Source: Octopus sinensis
Lineage: Eukaryota
Assembly (NCBI RefSeq): GCF_006345805.1
Contig: NC_043005.1
Location: 91,512,001-91,576,000 of the forward strand
Reading direction: 5' to 3'
DNA: 64,000 nucleotides
Shown here: positions 12,674 to 25,545 of the stretch, one piece after another
Layout of the letters: each line of letters opens with the position of its first letter
Position numbering within the stretch: position 1 is the first letter of the stretch
Notes under the pieces: model-generated
Databases searched by the model: none
Told to the model about the DNA's origin: nothing
The model's input: only the letters and a program-made list of their open reading frames with translations
Translations under genes and position numbers: made by a program

Positions 12674-12720
<47 letters not shown>
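12505..12720 (-). mobile_element. second copy of the 8959 Helitron family
   Basis: Same hairpin ACCCGA-N6-TCGGGT (12505-12522) and about 150 bp colinear with 8970-9125. No adjacent CTAG; ends in (TA)n. Confidence 0.6.
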
Positions 12721-12734
<14 letters not shown>

Positions 12735-13289
12735 TGGAGTCTCTCTCATACGTGAGTGTGGACGCTGAATTCGACTGGTAAGCAGGTAGGTAACCTTGTG
12801 TTTGTTCAAATCTTGGGGTTAGTAACCCACGTTCTTAACCACTTCCCCACCCTACAGCACATCAGTAACACTTCTCTTTCCTTCTTTTCTCTTGCTCTTT
12901 GCCTCTCCCTCAGTGTATCATTATACTCCTCTCTTCTTTCTCCTGTACCTACATTTCCCCCTCTCACTTTCACTCTACATCTCACTCATTCCACCTCTTT
13001 AACAAACTAAAGTGTGACAGGCAAACAAACAAGCAGATTATTATTATTATTATTATATCATCATCATATGAAAGTTTAGACATAAGCAGTATTGTTGTTG
13101 TCAGTTCTCTTATTAACAAATCATCTTTTTGAATTGTGTTTACAAAGCCACGAGGAATAAGAGATCTTTCACTTGAAAAATAGGGGTAGATACGAGGAAG
13201 AGCATTTGACCGTAAAACAAAGCTTCAATGACATTTGTCTAACCAATGCATGCAAATATATATGTAATAAATAAATACATGTGTAGAGT

Positions 13290-13990
13290 GACCCGCTGTT
13301 CTTGAGACCTATTGAGTCAAGTACGTTAACACCAACATCAAAATGAAAACCAAATGGAAATTGCAGTTAAGATACCTGTGCCGGTGACACGTTAAAAGCA
13401 CCGTCCGAACATGGCAGATGCCAGTGCTGCCTGACTGGCATCCGTGTCAGTGACACGTAAAAGCACCAACCAATCGTGGCCGTTTGCCAGCCTCCTCTGG
13501 CCCCTGTGCCGGTGGCATGTAAAAAGCACCCACTACACTCATGGAGTGGTTGGCGTTAGGAAGGGCATCCAGCTGTAGAAACACTTCCAGATCAGACTGG
13601 AGTCTGGTGCAGCCTCCTGGCTTCCCAGATCCCGTCGAACCGTCCAACCCATGCTAGCATGGAAAACGGACGTTAAACGATGATGATCATGATGTATATA
13701 TATATATATATATATGCATATATCGTCATCATCATAATCATCGCTTAATGTCTGCCTTCCATGTTGGATTGGATAGAACGGTTTGACAGGAGCTGGCCAA
13801 GTAGAAGCCTGCACCAGGTTTCTGTGACTGTTTTGGCAGGATTTTTTTTACAGCTGGATTCCCTTCCTAACACCAACCACTCTGTGGATTGGACTTAGTC
13901 CTTTTTATGTGGAGCAAGCAAGGTTTTTACTGCTGGATGCCCGTCCAAATACCAATCACTTTACAGTGTAGACTGGATACATTTCAAGTG
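13290..13990. mobile_element. tail-to-tail pair of RTE 3'UTR-type copies (+ 13290-13690, - 13735-13990)
   Basis: The first ends aaacgatgatgatc, then (TA)n; the second starts catcataatcatcgcttaatgtc...ttccatg in the opposite orientation. Confidence 0.7.
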
Positions 13991-14734
13991 GTTCCTGCAC
14001 TGACAGGGTCCATAACCTTCAAGACAAAAGTCTTTTGAGGAGAGGGGGGGGCGTTGGAGGAGGCGATAAGTGAAACAGAGAGATGGAAACAGGTGTAGAG
14101 GAGGTACGGGGTTACCTGGCTGGAGAGCGGGAGATCAGGAATGAGGACAGAGACGGGTGTGCTGCTGCAAAGGAGATACATGGTTACCTGAGCTGAGTGA
14201 AGTGCAGGAGAAGGGGGGAGTGGGAGACATCAGGATAGAGATGGTGGCAAAGTGCCAGGCATACGCACAAGTGACAGGGATCAGAATACAAATGGGATTG
14301 TCGAGTAAAAGCAGGGAGTGATGATGGTGGCAAGTACCAAGACATACCCTTGAGGTTTGAAGGTCATAATATAAGTGGCAGGATATTACTAAAGAAGCAT
14401 GATTGGAGAGTGGGGAGGAGAAGTGAGTGGTGAAAACCTGTGTATATAGACTGGGTGGGGGACTACCTGATAGCAATGATACAGAGAAACAGGATTGGGG
14501 AGTGAGAGGTAGGCATAGTGCATAAATGAGGAAGAGAAGAAATGTAGATTGGTTTGTTCAGTTTTCTTGTTATCTGTGGGTAGAACACAGATTGGGAGCT
14601 AGCAGACACAGTGAGACAGGGCCAAAAGGACAAAATTGGGGAGTGGAAGGTAAAACATAGAGCAGTGGAAATGTGAAGAAAGAGATGTAGTTTGGTTTGC
14701 TGTGGTAGGGTGTGGGTGGGACACAGCAATTCTA

Positions 14735-15030
14735 GAACTCAGTTTTGCTGACATGGACGGGTCTTCTCAAGAACCTCATATCGCCAGACATCTTGGTCCA
14801 TTGTCATTTCCTCCATGGAGCCCAACATCTTGAGATCAGTCCTTACCACTTCATCCCATGTCTTCCTGGGTCTCCCTCTTCTGTGAGTACCGTCCACTTT
14901 CAGTGATAGGCACTTTATGCAGCTGTCCTCATTCATATGCATCACATGTCCAAACCAATGTAGCCTTCTCTCTTGTATGCTACATTTCATTCCTCTTATG
15001 CCCAACTTTTCTCTCAATACATTTGCATCG
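14735..15030 (-). mobile_element. RTE LINE RT C-terminal fragment
   Basis: LREKLGIR...QERRLHWFGHVMHM...RRGRPRKTWDEVV in ORF 14739-15125. Confidence 0.85.
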
Positions 15031-15811
15031 AGAATTCTTCGTTGTTTTTGTTGAATCAATCTTGGCTCTTCCTTTTCGCCTACACAAAAAGCATAATATA
15101 TGAATATATGAGTCTGTGTGTACATTCATACATGTGTATAAGTGTACGATAAAGATTACCTTAGAACCATTTCAAAAACTGCATTGAATTGCAACAAATG
15201 GAGGTTTAACCGATAAAGCAATGGGATTTTCACTTACATAGCATGGACTGCTGAGCACATTTTATGAAAATGAGACTACCATGCACACACAAAAAGCAAA
15301 AAATAGTCAAAATATCTTCTTAGTATATAATGGTGGCAAGTTTTACATCATCTGAAAAGTCATTGCCTTATGGTAGGGTGGTGTATAGGAGCGTTTGAAT
15401 GACATTAGACCCCTAAGAAACGCTCATAAATTAGATGCATCTATCTGGTCCAAGATCGTGGCCTGGCGAAACCTGTGCCAGACTGTCACAATTGTGCCTG
15501 GTCGTGCTTTATGTGTTAACATGATATAAAGCAAAAAAAAAAAAAAAAATTATGAATTGGGTCACCTGGATCAATTCATAATTGACAGCAAAGAGTCTTG
15601 AACTACTGACAGCTACTTGGTATAACAAATTTCATAAGAGACATTGGTATCAGAGCTAAAATAAAAGTAAAAATGATTTAGACTCTCATACGTCGGAATC
15701 GACGAGAGAAAGTACAAGTGGAACAGTGTAGTCGACTTACCCCAACCCCTCTAAAATTGCTGGAATCGTACCAAAATTTGAAAGCATTATATCTCAACAT
15801 TAAAGCAAATG

Positions 15812-16097
15812 AGTACTACTAGCGAACAGTGGTCCCGGTGCGCGCACTCGCTAGCTAGTAAGTAGTCGACCCTACAACGACTTTTTAACCCTAACCCTTA
15901 CCCTTACCCTAACCTTTGTTTATAAAAATAATTTATTTACTTAGTTTATTTACTTTGTTCGAAAAATATTATTTAATTTTCTTTGATATGTATTCAGCCT
16001 TGAAATAGAAACATACGCACAAGTCGTTGTAGGATCGACTACTTACGACTAGCTAGCGCGAGTGCGCGCACCGGGACCATTGTTCGCTAGTAGTACC
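15812..16097. mobile_element. MITE with about 75-bp TIRs, a 9-bp TSD and internal telomere-like repeats
   Basis: TSD AAGCAAATG at 15803-15811 and 16098-16106. TIR (A/G)GTACTACTAGCGAACA.TGGTCCCGGTGCGCGCACTCGC... Internal TAACCC/TTACCC units at 15886-15914. Confidence 0.85.
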
Positions 16098-16859
16098 AAG
16101 CAAATGATTTATATATACATATACTATACATATCAGCTATTTGGTGTAATGTTATAACTAATCAACACATTATTCGTATCTAACAATCTTGTTTATGATT
16201 GACAATGTTTTACGGAATTGTTACAATAAATTTGGGATCTTTTCACTTTAATCGGCAGATTTTAAAAATATTCTCTATGTAACTAAAAAATTTTAAACTT
16301 CGCATACTGGTAAAGTGAAAAGATCCTAAATTTTACTAAAGATATAATCTGGGTGTAAAAATAAACGTTTCTAAGCAAGTAGTTATGTGAATAAAGCAAA
16401 AACATTGATATATTGTAAAAAAAAATAAGTACTGAACTATATAAGCTTTATTTTCAGTTTATTGTTGTTGACGATGATGATGACAATTAAATATTAGATC
16501 ATAGACTATTACCATTTAATTTTAAAATTTTGACTATTATTTAACAATAATAAAAATAAAGTTTAGGTAAATGTAACCAATTTCTTAAAATGTTAAATAT
16601 TTTGGTTGCATAGAAAATTAAAAAATTACGTAATTCAGCACGGTACATTTCCGGGAAGATGATGCAAAAACATTTAATAACTTACTAAATTAAATTATTT
16701 TTTTCACTAGAAATAATATCACAAAAATAATTAAATGTCATTAAAGCATTGAATTAGTTTTTTAATAATTTATAGTTTTATTAAACTATTTAATAGCTGG
16801 TACGGTGAAAATCGGAAAAAGCCGTGGAAATGAATGTGTGAACCCCTAATTAGAATAAG

Positions 16860-16923
16860 TATATAAGGCGACGAAGCGCTCCGTTCAGTCAAGCTGCAGA
16901 GGAGTGGAAGGTTGCGCCATTTT
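16860..16923 (+). promoter_or_regulatory. RPB1 core promoter: TATA box, Inr and YY1-like motif
   Basis: TATATAAG at 16860-16867; TCAGTC (protostome Inr consensus TCAGTY) at 16885-16890, with its A 27 nt from the TATA start; GCGCCATTTT at 16914-16923; ATG at 16935. Confidence 0.65.
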
Positions 16924-16934
16924 AGCTGCTCATT

Positions 16935-17015
16935 ATGGCCTACGTAGAAGACTCCAATGCACCCTTAAGGGAATGTAAGAGGATCCAGTTCGGCATTTTA
17001 AGTCCAGATGAAATC
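16935..17015 (+). CDS. POLR2A: RNA polymerase II largest subunit, exon 1 of 26
   Basis: MAYVEDSNAPLRECKRIQFGILSPDEI, followed by a gtaag donor. Confidence 0.95.
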
Positions 17016-18147
17016 GTAAGCTTGTTTGTTTACATATCATACATATGTATATATATAAAACATGTGACAATTATTCGGTAGCCAAGATAAAACTCTGAGT
17101 TTCGGATGCCGAGGTGGAAAATCCACACCACCATCTCTTCAGATAAATTCCTCTATTTACATAATATCGAGGCCTCTTTCTTTCCTTTATTATCTTACCG
17201 TTTTTACCAATATGTATATATATATATATATATTTTCCGTTTGAGAGGTAAAGATAATAACCAATGGAGATTTTGGTTATTGAAAGAAGTGATTGCGTAT
17301 ATCAAATCCGTTGAGAAATTCCCAGTCATTATCAAAACCCAAAATAAACGTATTTATTGGATTTCGTTTTTCCCTGCAGATTTTAAATAACAAATTATGG
17401 TATCACAGTTGTTTAAAAACTTGAAATATTTTAAAAATTAGTGTTTCCATAATGAAAATTTGAAAGTAATTTTGTCTTTTGTGTGACTTCATTGTTTCTA
17501 AAGTTCAACAGAATCAACCTTATTATGCTGTGAAGAATTTATTTATTTAAACGTTCCTTGTTCATTAAATATAAAATTGGTTACCATTTAAAAGTGTGTC
17601 TATGCCGAATGAAGCTTAATATTCAGCAAACAGTCCTCCCTATTGAAATGTGTCCAAGTAATAATAGTCAATGTTAGAGGTGTCATTAGATAAAATTTAT
17701 TTTTCATTTCCCGCAACCTTTTTATATATTTGAGGAAATGTTGGTTATCTCTGTAGTATTTTTCGCATAATGTGATACAGGCCAAGTTCTTTACCGTTCT
17801 TTTTATTTACTCTTCATTACTCCTGATGCTGTGTAAGTATAATCCATGCGGAATTAGGGAACAAGCCCTTCCTCGAAGTCTCAATGGGAAAGGAAAAGAG
17901 TATGGAAATTGGGGACAAAACTAGTGTGTGTCTATGTATGTATATATATATAATAGGAGGGAATTTTTCATTTTAAATTGATAAAAGAAAAAATATATAG
18001 TATTGTAAGATCAGCAAAATTTAGATTCAGATGAATATGGTACTTAAGTTAAAAGCACCAGAATTTGGTAGGGTATTTATCCATATAAATCAAATGGGGT
18101 AATTATAATCAAAACAAGCAACAAGGATATCCTTGTTACTTATTTTG

Positions 18148-18201
<54 letters not shown>

Positions 18202-19006
18202 TTCTTGCCTTCATTCATCGGTATATAACGACCTATGGAAGTTAGTTTTTGCGGTGGAGGCGGCGGCGTTTGCCCCACTAGAAATAGCAGCTAAAACTCG
18301 CTCTGAAATCACATCCTATCGTCTAAAAGGAGAGGAAGACACATTGAATAATGCGGTCTTGGAAATTCGCTGTTCGAATAAGGGATAGAATGCTCACAAA
18401 TTAAAATCTTGGATCTTAGGTCTGACATGAAGCTGAACATAATAGCATATATCACGAACCAAGGAAAGGACCTCTGTATTTAAGTAGTACCGGAGCCTTT
18501 ACGTAGTCGTTCGACTTGCTAGAGCTTAGTCATCAAATCCTACCTTACCGTCTTAAAGAAAAGGACACATGGGTGGTCGGGCGGGTGTTAACATCGAATA
18601 TACAAGTTCTGTTCATCACCGATTGATGAAGAGTCGGAAGTGAAGCCATGCTGCAAGAAAAAAAAAATCAAAATAAACTCTTGCAGTTCCACACACCGAT
18701 TTAAAGTTAGCATTACTTTTATACACTTGGAACAAAGATTAGACATCGTATTACATGTGTTATGTTGGTTCATTTGAATATGATTTCTAACAGGTATCTC
18801 CAATATTTACTGTTACGGTGTCGGGGGAAGGCACCCAGTCGATTATATTGATCTCTTCCTTTTATCGGCTCCGTGTGACTCAGCAGCAAAATTAAAATCG
18901 GCGGGATTTAAATCCAAATGTTTCATTGATGATGGTTCTACGTGATTGCTTGACACGTTAGAAGTAACAGCTATATCTCCCTCGTTACGGCTGGTATACC
19001 TGAGGT

Positions 19007-19331
19007 CAGGAGTTTTCAACCATTTTCCATCTATGGACCCTATTGATTACTATTTTAGGCTAACCTTCGTTTTGGGCTATCTTTTATTCAGGTGGACCCC
19101 CATAGCCATTCGATGTTTAAAAACTTGTTTTATAGAAATTTCTTTCAAATTCCTATTTTGTTTTCCACACATTAATTTGTGTAGGTTGAACTACACAATG
19201 TTAGAGAAAGAAAACTAGCTGTTTCTTCCAATACGTACGTCTAAAGAAAACTATTTTCAGGGGTTCTTAAAATACTATTGTGGATCCTCGATTTACTATT
19301 TTGTAGCATGGACCCCGGTTGAGAACCACTG
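19007..19331. mobile_element. hAT (Charlie-like) MITE in RPB1 intron 1
   Basis: TIRs CAGGAGTTTTCAACC / GGTTGAGAACCACTG; 8-bp TSD CCTGAGGT / CCTTAGGT with one mismatch. Confidence 0.75.
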
Positions 19332-20661
19332 CCTTAGGTATTAGGTGTGTCCGATCAAAGCCAACCTGGGCTAAAAGACTACATTAAGCTCGTTGGATCA
19401 ACGTCTGTAATATCATATCGAAAATATAAGGGGTGCGTTAACTGTAGCCACCCACTTGCATAGTTTGTAACCAGTGGTATCCATAATCGCCACGGAAAAA
19501 GTAGGGAATGTAATTCGATGTCATTAAATTTATGTATAAACCCAGCTTAGATTGTATTTTTTCTTTCTCATCCATTCTTTCCCTAATATGATCATAAAAC
19601 AATTGAGCACCTATAGTCAACAATTGTAAATAACCCATATTACGATCTCAAGTGGTAGTTAAGAGCCAGTGCTTGGTCCAAATTTATGGTGTTAAACTTA
19701 TGAGAAACATGTTTTTTCTGGTTTATATGCTGGTCTGTTGCAAGTGTTTATCTTGATCTGATAATCATTTCTGACAGTTACATGAACTGATAGTAGGTAG
19801 AATAAAGAATTATTTCTAAAAAAAAAACATTGAAATTACCCCCAACCCATAGATTTGCACTAATGGCTTATGATCATACGTATTTATTCAGCCTGGTGGT
19901 CTCCACAACACACTCGTTTTATTTACTTTATTTTGCCTGGGAATCGCTTCATAAAGCACTATATAAAACGTTGTGGGCCTAAACGACTTGCTAGAAATTG
20001 CAGCCAAATCTCTGAAAGCATATTTAAAGACATTTTGGATAAAGTTGTCACTCAGTACACCATCAGAAACTGACAGTTGCTTGATGATGATGAACTTGGC
20101 ACTAACATTAGTAATAAATCGTCGTGTTGAATCCTCTTTTTTTTTTTCATAACGGCGATACTTTGGCTATATAACCCTTTCTCCATCTTTGTTATTTACA
20201 ACTTCATGGCTGCTGTCGGGTGAACTGTAGCCAAGTCGAGTTGTCCTTACAACAGGAACATTTTAGTATAGGAATTTTTGTTACTTTGCATATCAATTAT
20301 TGATTTTCTGACTTGGTTTATTTCGTAAGTATTCCTTACAGCCTTCTCTACATCCCACATAAACAAACTCACAGTACCAAATCTCCCAAGTGTTCAAAGA
20401 GGAAAAAAAAAAAACCGGCAACATTTTGAAGAAAAATTGCTTACCCCTTCAAACTTGATAGCTTTTACTCTACATCACAGCTCCTGCAAAACTAACATGC
20501 AAACTAGTCGTTCCTTTTGCTGCCTTGTTGCAAAGACCTTTGCTAGCTCTGTGAACTTATCTTTTCTCAGACATGATGGTTTTGTATGTAGTATTCTCAC
20601 CAAGGGAAGCCTCCACATCCTCTGCCTGTTTTGCATGCAACTGCACACACTAACTAAATTG

Positions 20662-21003
20662 GTACTTTTTGGTTATCTCACCCCCATTAAAAAAAATGGG
20701 TTATCTCCCCACTAAAAAATTGAGTTTATGTGCAGACATTAGATTGGATTAAAAGTGTTAGATCCTTTTGATTCAATACATTGTTGACGTTTGGCCTCCT
20801 CAATAGGCATGGCATGATTTGTTATAAAAAATGTTATCAGATTCAATAAGATGGTTAATCTGTTCACTTTTCATGTTTTTTTGCTTTATTGAGGGTTAAG
20901 CAATTTTTTAGTTGAGGGAGATAACCAAAAGCACCGATATTTCTCGTAAAACGGTGGGGAGATAACCCAATTTTTTAATGGCGGTGAGATAACCAAAAGG
21001 TAC
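20662..21003. mobile_element. foldback/MITE-like element with about 52-bp inverted repeats
   Basis: gtactttttggttatctcacccccattaaaaaaaatgggttatctccccac at 20662 matches the reverse complement of 20953-21003. Confidence 0.7.
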
Positions 21004-21639
21004 TCTCCCAAGTGTTCCATCACCATAACTGGGACAGTGCTACCAGCTACACAGACATTCTAAATTTCTTCCACTCAACGTCCCAACATTTAAACCTTTG
21101 ACCCACAAATGTGATGTTTCTCTTTTCTATCATTACTGTAATAGTCTCCTGAGAGACGGCTTGTCACGTACTACCTTCATTCAGCTACTTTGACTCACCT
21201 GCCTTATCTCTTCTTGTCTCCTATATTGTGTTTACGAAATAATATACAAGTAGAGCTAATTAAGTATAAGGCCACGGGCAAGTGTAGGCAATCACACATC
21301 CAGTCCTTACTTGTCACAATATTATTCTTGGAATTTTTTTGTTCCAGATGTTTTTTTTACAGTTGTTGACCAGTAGTTGCTTATTTTTCTTACAATTGTT
21401 GACAGGTAGTTGTTGATGTACTTTGTATTGATCTTACTAGACCACAACTCTCACCCCAAAAGGACTGCTTAACATTTTCTACAATCTCATAATTACACCT
21501 CTACCACCTCTTTCTTATGAACAATTCTTATGGAAATCCCTCAAATGCTCAGCATACACAAAACTGAGCAGATTGTCTTAAAAGTGCTCAAGTTCTACAC
21601 AGTAACTGGCCTTTTTCACAAAGCCAAAATATGCTCTTT

Positions 21640-21985
21640 AGTAGTTGTATGCCTTTACGTGCCAGTCAGGTGGCACTGTCATCAGCCACGAATTGTAGTT
21701 GCAGCCAATGACAGTGCCGCCTGACTGGAACCTGTGGCAGTGGCATGTAAAATGCATCATTCAAGCATGGCTGATGCCAGTGCTGTCTGACTAGCTCCCG
21801 TGCCAGTGGCATGTGAAAGCACCCACTACACTCTTGAGTGGTTGGTGTTAGGAAGGGCATCCAGCTGTAGAAACCTTACCAAATCAGATTGGAGCTTGGT
21901 GCAGCTTCCTGGCTTGCCAGTTCTCATTCAAACCATCCAACCCATGCAGGCATGGAAAGTGAATGTTAAATGATGATGATGGTGA
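21640..21985 (+). mobile_element. RTE 3'UTR copy, RPB1 intron 1
   Basis: Family motifs; tail gttaaatgatgatgatg. Confidence 0.75.
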
Positions 21986-22060
21986 TATATTTATATATAT
22001 AGTTCAAATTTACAGAGAAGAAAAGACGAAGACCGGTGTATTAGTTTAACACTTGGGAAG

Positions 22061-22096
<36 letters not shown>

Positions 22097-22410
22097 GGAC
22101 AGCAAACTAATCACATTCACCATTTCAGGAAAAAAAGAAAAACGAAATTCAAGTTTGGTGGATACTCACTCATTAACATCCGACCAGTGATCTTTGTGTA
22201 TTAATACAATGACCCTTGTAAAAGTTTCTGCTCTTCTAAGGTTACCAGCTTTTATAATAACTCCAGATATCCTACATTACTGTATTATTCAGAAGCTTTC
22301 TTTCTGTAATTCGTATCCTCTTCAACTAATTTTTCTATTCTTTTTTATAAGAGAAATAAATCTTAATATTTAAAATTGTAAATAATTTTAATATTATAAT
22401 AACATTTCAG

Positions 22411-22680
22411 CGACGTATGTCGGTCACAGAAGGGGGTATTAAATACCCAGAAACAATGGAAGCAGGTCGTCCAAAACTTGGTGGCCTCATGGACCCTCGA
22501 CAAGGGACCACTGACAGATTGTCCCGATGCCAAACTTGTGCTGGCAACATGACTGAGTGTCCTGGACATTTTGGCCACGTTGAATTGGCAAAACCTGTTT
22601 ATCATATTGGCTTTTTGGTGAAGACCATTAAAATAATCCGATGTGTCTGCTTCTTCTGTTCAAAACTCTTGATGGACTCG
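22411..22680 (+). CDS. POLR2A: RPB1 exon 2 (clamp zinc site)
   Basis: [15 protein letters not shown]...[17 protein letters not shown]...[11 protein letters not shown] with ag/gt boundaries. Confidence 0.97.
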
Positions 22681-23423
22681 GTATGTATTTTCATGATTTA
22701 AATTTTTACTTGTCTGTGATTTTTTTTTGTGAAATATTACCAAAGTTACTGTTAATTTCATAGTTATTTAAAACAATTTATATTTCATGGAAAAACAATT
22801 AAATTTTTTATAAAGATGTATGTGAAGCATGAATATTGTAACTTCATATTTCATGTTTTTAAAAATGAGGTTCCATACCTATGGAATAGATAAATATAAT
22901 TTTCTAAAGCAAGCGATTATAAGATTATGATGCTTGGTTGTATTTGGAGTTCAGCTATGTACCTAGGCATGGCATTATTACACTTAACTTAAACCTGCAC
23001 ATCTGCAAAAATAATAAAGTTAGTTCTGTCAAAATGCAATTAAGATTTTCTTGATCTGTGCTACCATGCATATAAAAATAATTGAATGTGTATTGCTATT
23101 GGAAATGTTGTTCAAGTAATTAAGATTAATATTAATTGATTTGTAATGTTACATACAAAACATTGTTGATCAGTGGATGTGTAGATAGCATTTAGTGTGA
23201 ATTCATAAAATTTATAGCTTTTAAATGGCAACAAAATTAGAAATTTTAAAATATTAATATTTCTATTATATGTCCAAAGATGTAATGTTTATATCCTTTG
23301 AATTATTTCTTAACATTTTATCCTTTAGGAGACTTAAAAATTCAATTGCAATGTTAATGCTTTTGTAAACCAGAATGCTAATTGATTGATTTAGATTAAA
23401 GATTATAAATTTTTTTGCTTCAG

Positions 23424-23582
23424 CAAAACCCCAAAATCAAAGATATTGTGAACAAGTCAAAAGGTTACCCACGTAAACGTCTTGCTCACGTGTATGATCT
23501 CTGCAAAGGAAAGCGTATTTGTGAAGGTGGAGATGAAATGGATGTTAGCAAGAATGAAACTGAAATGGAACAATTAAAAAAA
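23424..23582 (+). CDS. POLR2A: RPB1 exon 3
   Basis: [39 protein letters not shown]...LKK; gtaagt donor. Confidence 0.95.
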
Positions 23583-24689
23583 GTAAGTATATTATATTTA
23601 CAGTCAAAATGTTGGTTGAATTAATTTTGTAATCATTATCAACAAGCTGGGTTGGTCAATATTTTCCTCCATCTACCACTTTTCTTCTATTTTGTCCTTT
23701 ATATCTATCAGTAAATCCTAAATTTCATAGACCACATTTGACGATTTAAAAAGTTCAAAACTAACTGTCTAAAATAACATATCTCAAATATCAAATGAAA
23801 CTTTTAATTTGTTACTTCAAATAAATATCAGCTTCAAACGCCCTAAATCATTGATACTTAAAAAAAAAGAAATCCAAGTGTCAGTGGAGCTGCTTCGTCT
23901 CTCTCATTCTCAATATCATTTCTTACCATTTTATTTTCTGCTCAACACCCTCATTCTTCTCCATTCTTTTATTTTACACTCTCTCATTCTACCAATTTTA
24001 TCCCCTACAACTTATGTTCATCTCCTATTTCCACCCCTATATACCTCTGACATCCCTGGCACTGTGCATCTCTCACACACTACCCACACTCAACATCACC
24101 TGTGTTGCCACCTACCTCCTCGCTGTCCCAATCCTACTTCCTCTCTTCCAAACTGGTATTCACTGTTGGTTACATCTTTACTCATATTCCCCATTCACTG
24201 TATTCCCTCTTTTCCCATCTCTGTCCATTTATCATTCTCCTTTCACACTCTTGGGAACTTACCTATTCACCCTATCCAATCCTCTGGATCACTTTACCTT
24301 CCTGTAATTTGAGGGTATGCCTCTTCACTATCTCTCCTTTCCCTACTGGGGCAGCCACGTATCTCCTCTACTGCATGACACCTGATTTTGACCTCATCAT
24401 CTGGCTTAAATCTACCTTCCTCAATACTACACCTCTCAGTTAAGGGCTCTTGTCTTTCAAGTTATTTGACAACGTTGTTAGTACTGGTGCTATGTAAAAA
24501 GTAGCCAGTGCACTTTGCGAAGTAGTTGGCATTAGGAAGAGCATTCAACCAAAGAAACCATTCTAAAGCATTGGAGCTTGGCACTGTCCTCTGGCTCATA
24601 GGCTTCTGTCAAACCGTCCAACCTATGCCAGTAACAGAAACTGCCATTAAATAACAATGATGATATATAATATATATATGTTCATACAA

Positions 24690-24960
24690 ATCATCATCAT
24701 CTCACCTCTGTTTTCCATTCTGATATGGGTTGGTGGATGGTTTGACAAGGGCTGGCTAGACAGAAGACTGCACCAAACTTCACTGTTTTGGCAGGGTTTT
24801 TACAGCTGGATGCCCTTCCTAACACCAACCACCCTACAGCGTGAACTGAGTGCATTTTACGTGACACCAGCACTGGCAAGGCCTGTTCTGGCATGGTTTT
24901 TACAGCTGGATGCCTGACCAAACACCAACCACTTTACAGTGTGGACTGGATGCACCAGCA
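24690..24960 (-). mobile_element. RTE-related 3'UTR copy, RPB1 intron 3
   Basis: catcatcatc...ttccattctgatatgggttgg...ggatgcccttcctaacaccaacc. The adjoining purine-rich block (24990-25400) is shared with 14000-14700. Confidence 0.65.
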
Positions 24961-25545
24961 CTGGTGAGGGTCACCAAGTAACTTGCAAGACAAAGACTCT
25001 TTGAGATGGGGGAGGCATTGGAGGAGGTGGCCTTGTGCCAGGTGATGAGAGGTCAGAGTGTGACAGAGATAGAAACAGGTGTCTTGTTGTAGAGGAGATA
25101 CATGGTTACCCCAGTCAGAGGGAGAGAAAGTGAGTGATCAAGAATGCAAGAGAGTGTGGAAGAGAGTGCAAGCGAAGGTGGGAGAGAGTTGGTGGTGAAG
25201 TACTAGAGCATACCCTCACATAAATGCAAAGTGTGTGGGTGTGGGGAATGCAGTGACTGGTGAAACAAGGGTATATAGAGGAGGTGAGAAACAACAGGAT
25301 AGCAATGAATACTGTGAGGAGAGGATTGGGGAGTGAGAGATAAGCATAGTGCATGAGAAAGAGGAAATGTGAGAAGAGATGTTTAGTTTGATGGTGTAGG
25401 GTGTGAACATTTTCTTTTTTTTATATGTGCATACAAATATATTTACACATGCACTATAATGTATTTGTTGTGTCTGTAACAGAAAGATATTACTCTTTGT
25501 TAAAAGTGGATGTATTTTTGTCACTTTTAATGAATTCTTTTACAG

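Noticed and set aside
15548-15583. 12-bp inverted repeat after a poly(A) run
   Set aside because: Short and AT-rich, with no TSD or family context; could be chance or a tiny TE remnant.
23809-24443. Three overlapping ORFs rich in L/S/P/H in RPB1 intron 3
   Set aside because: Pyrimidine-rich low-complexity or decayed repeat sequence with no recognisable domain and no place in the RPB1 exon chain.
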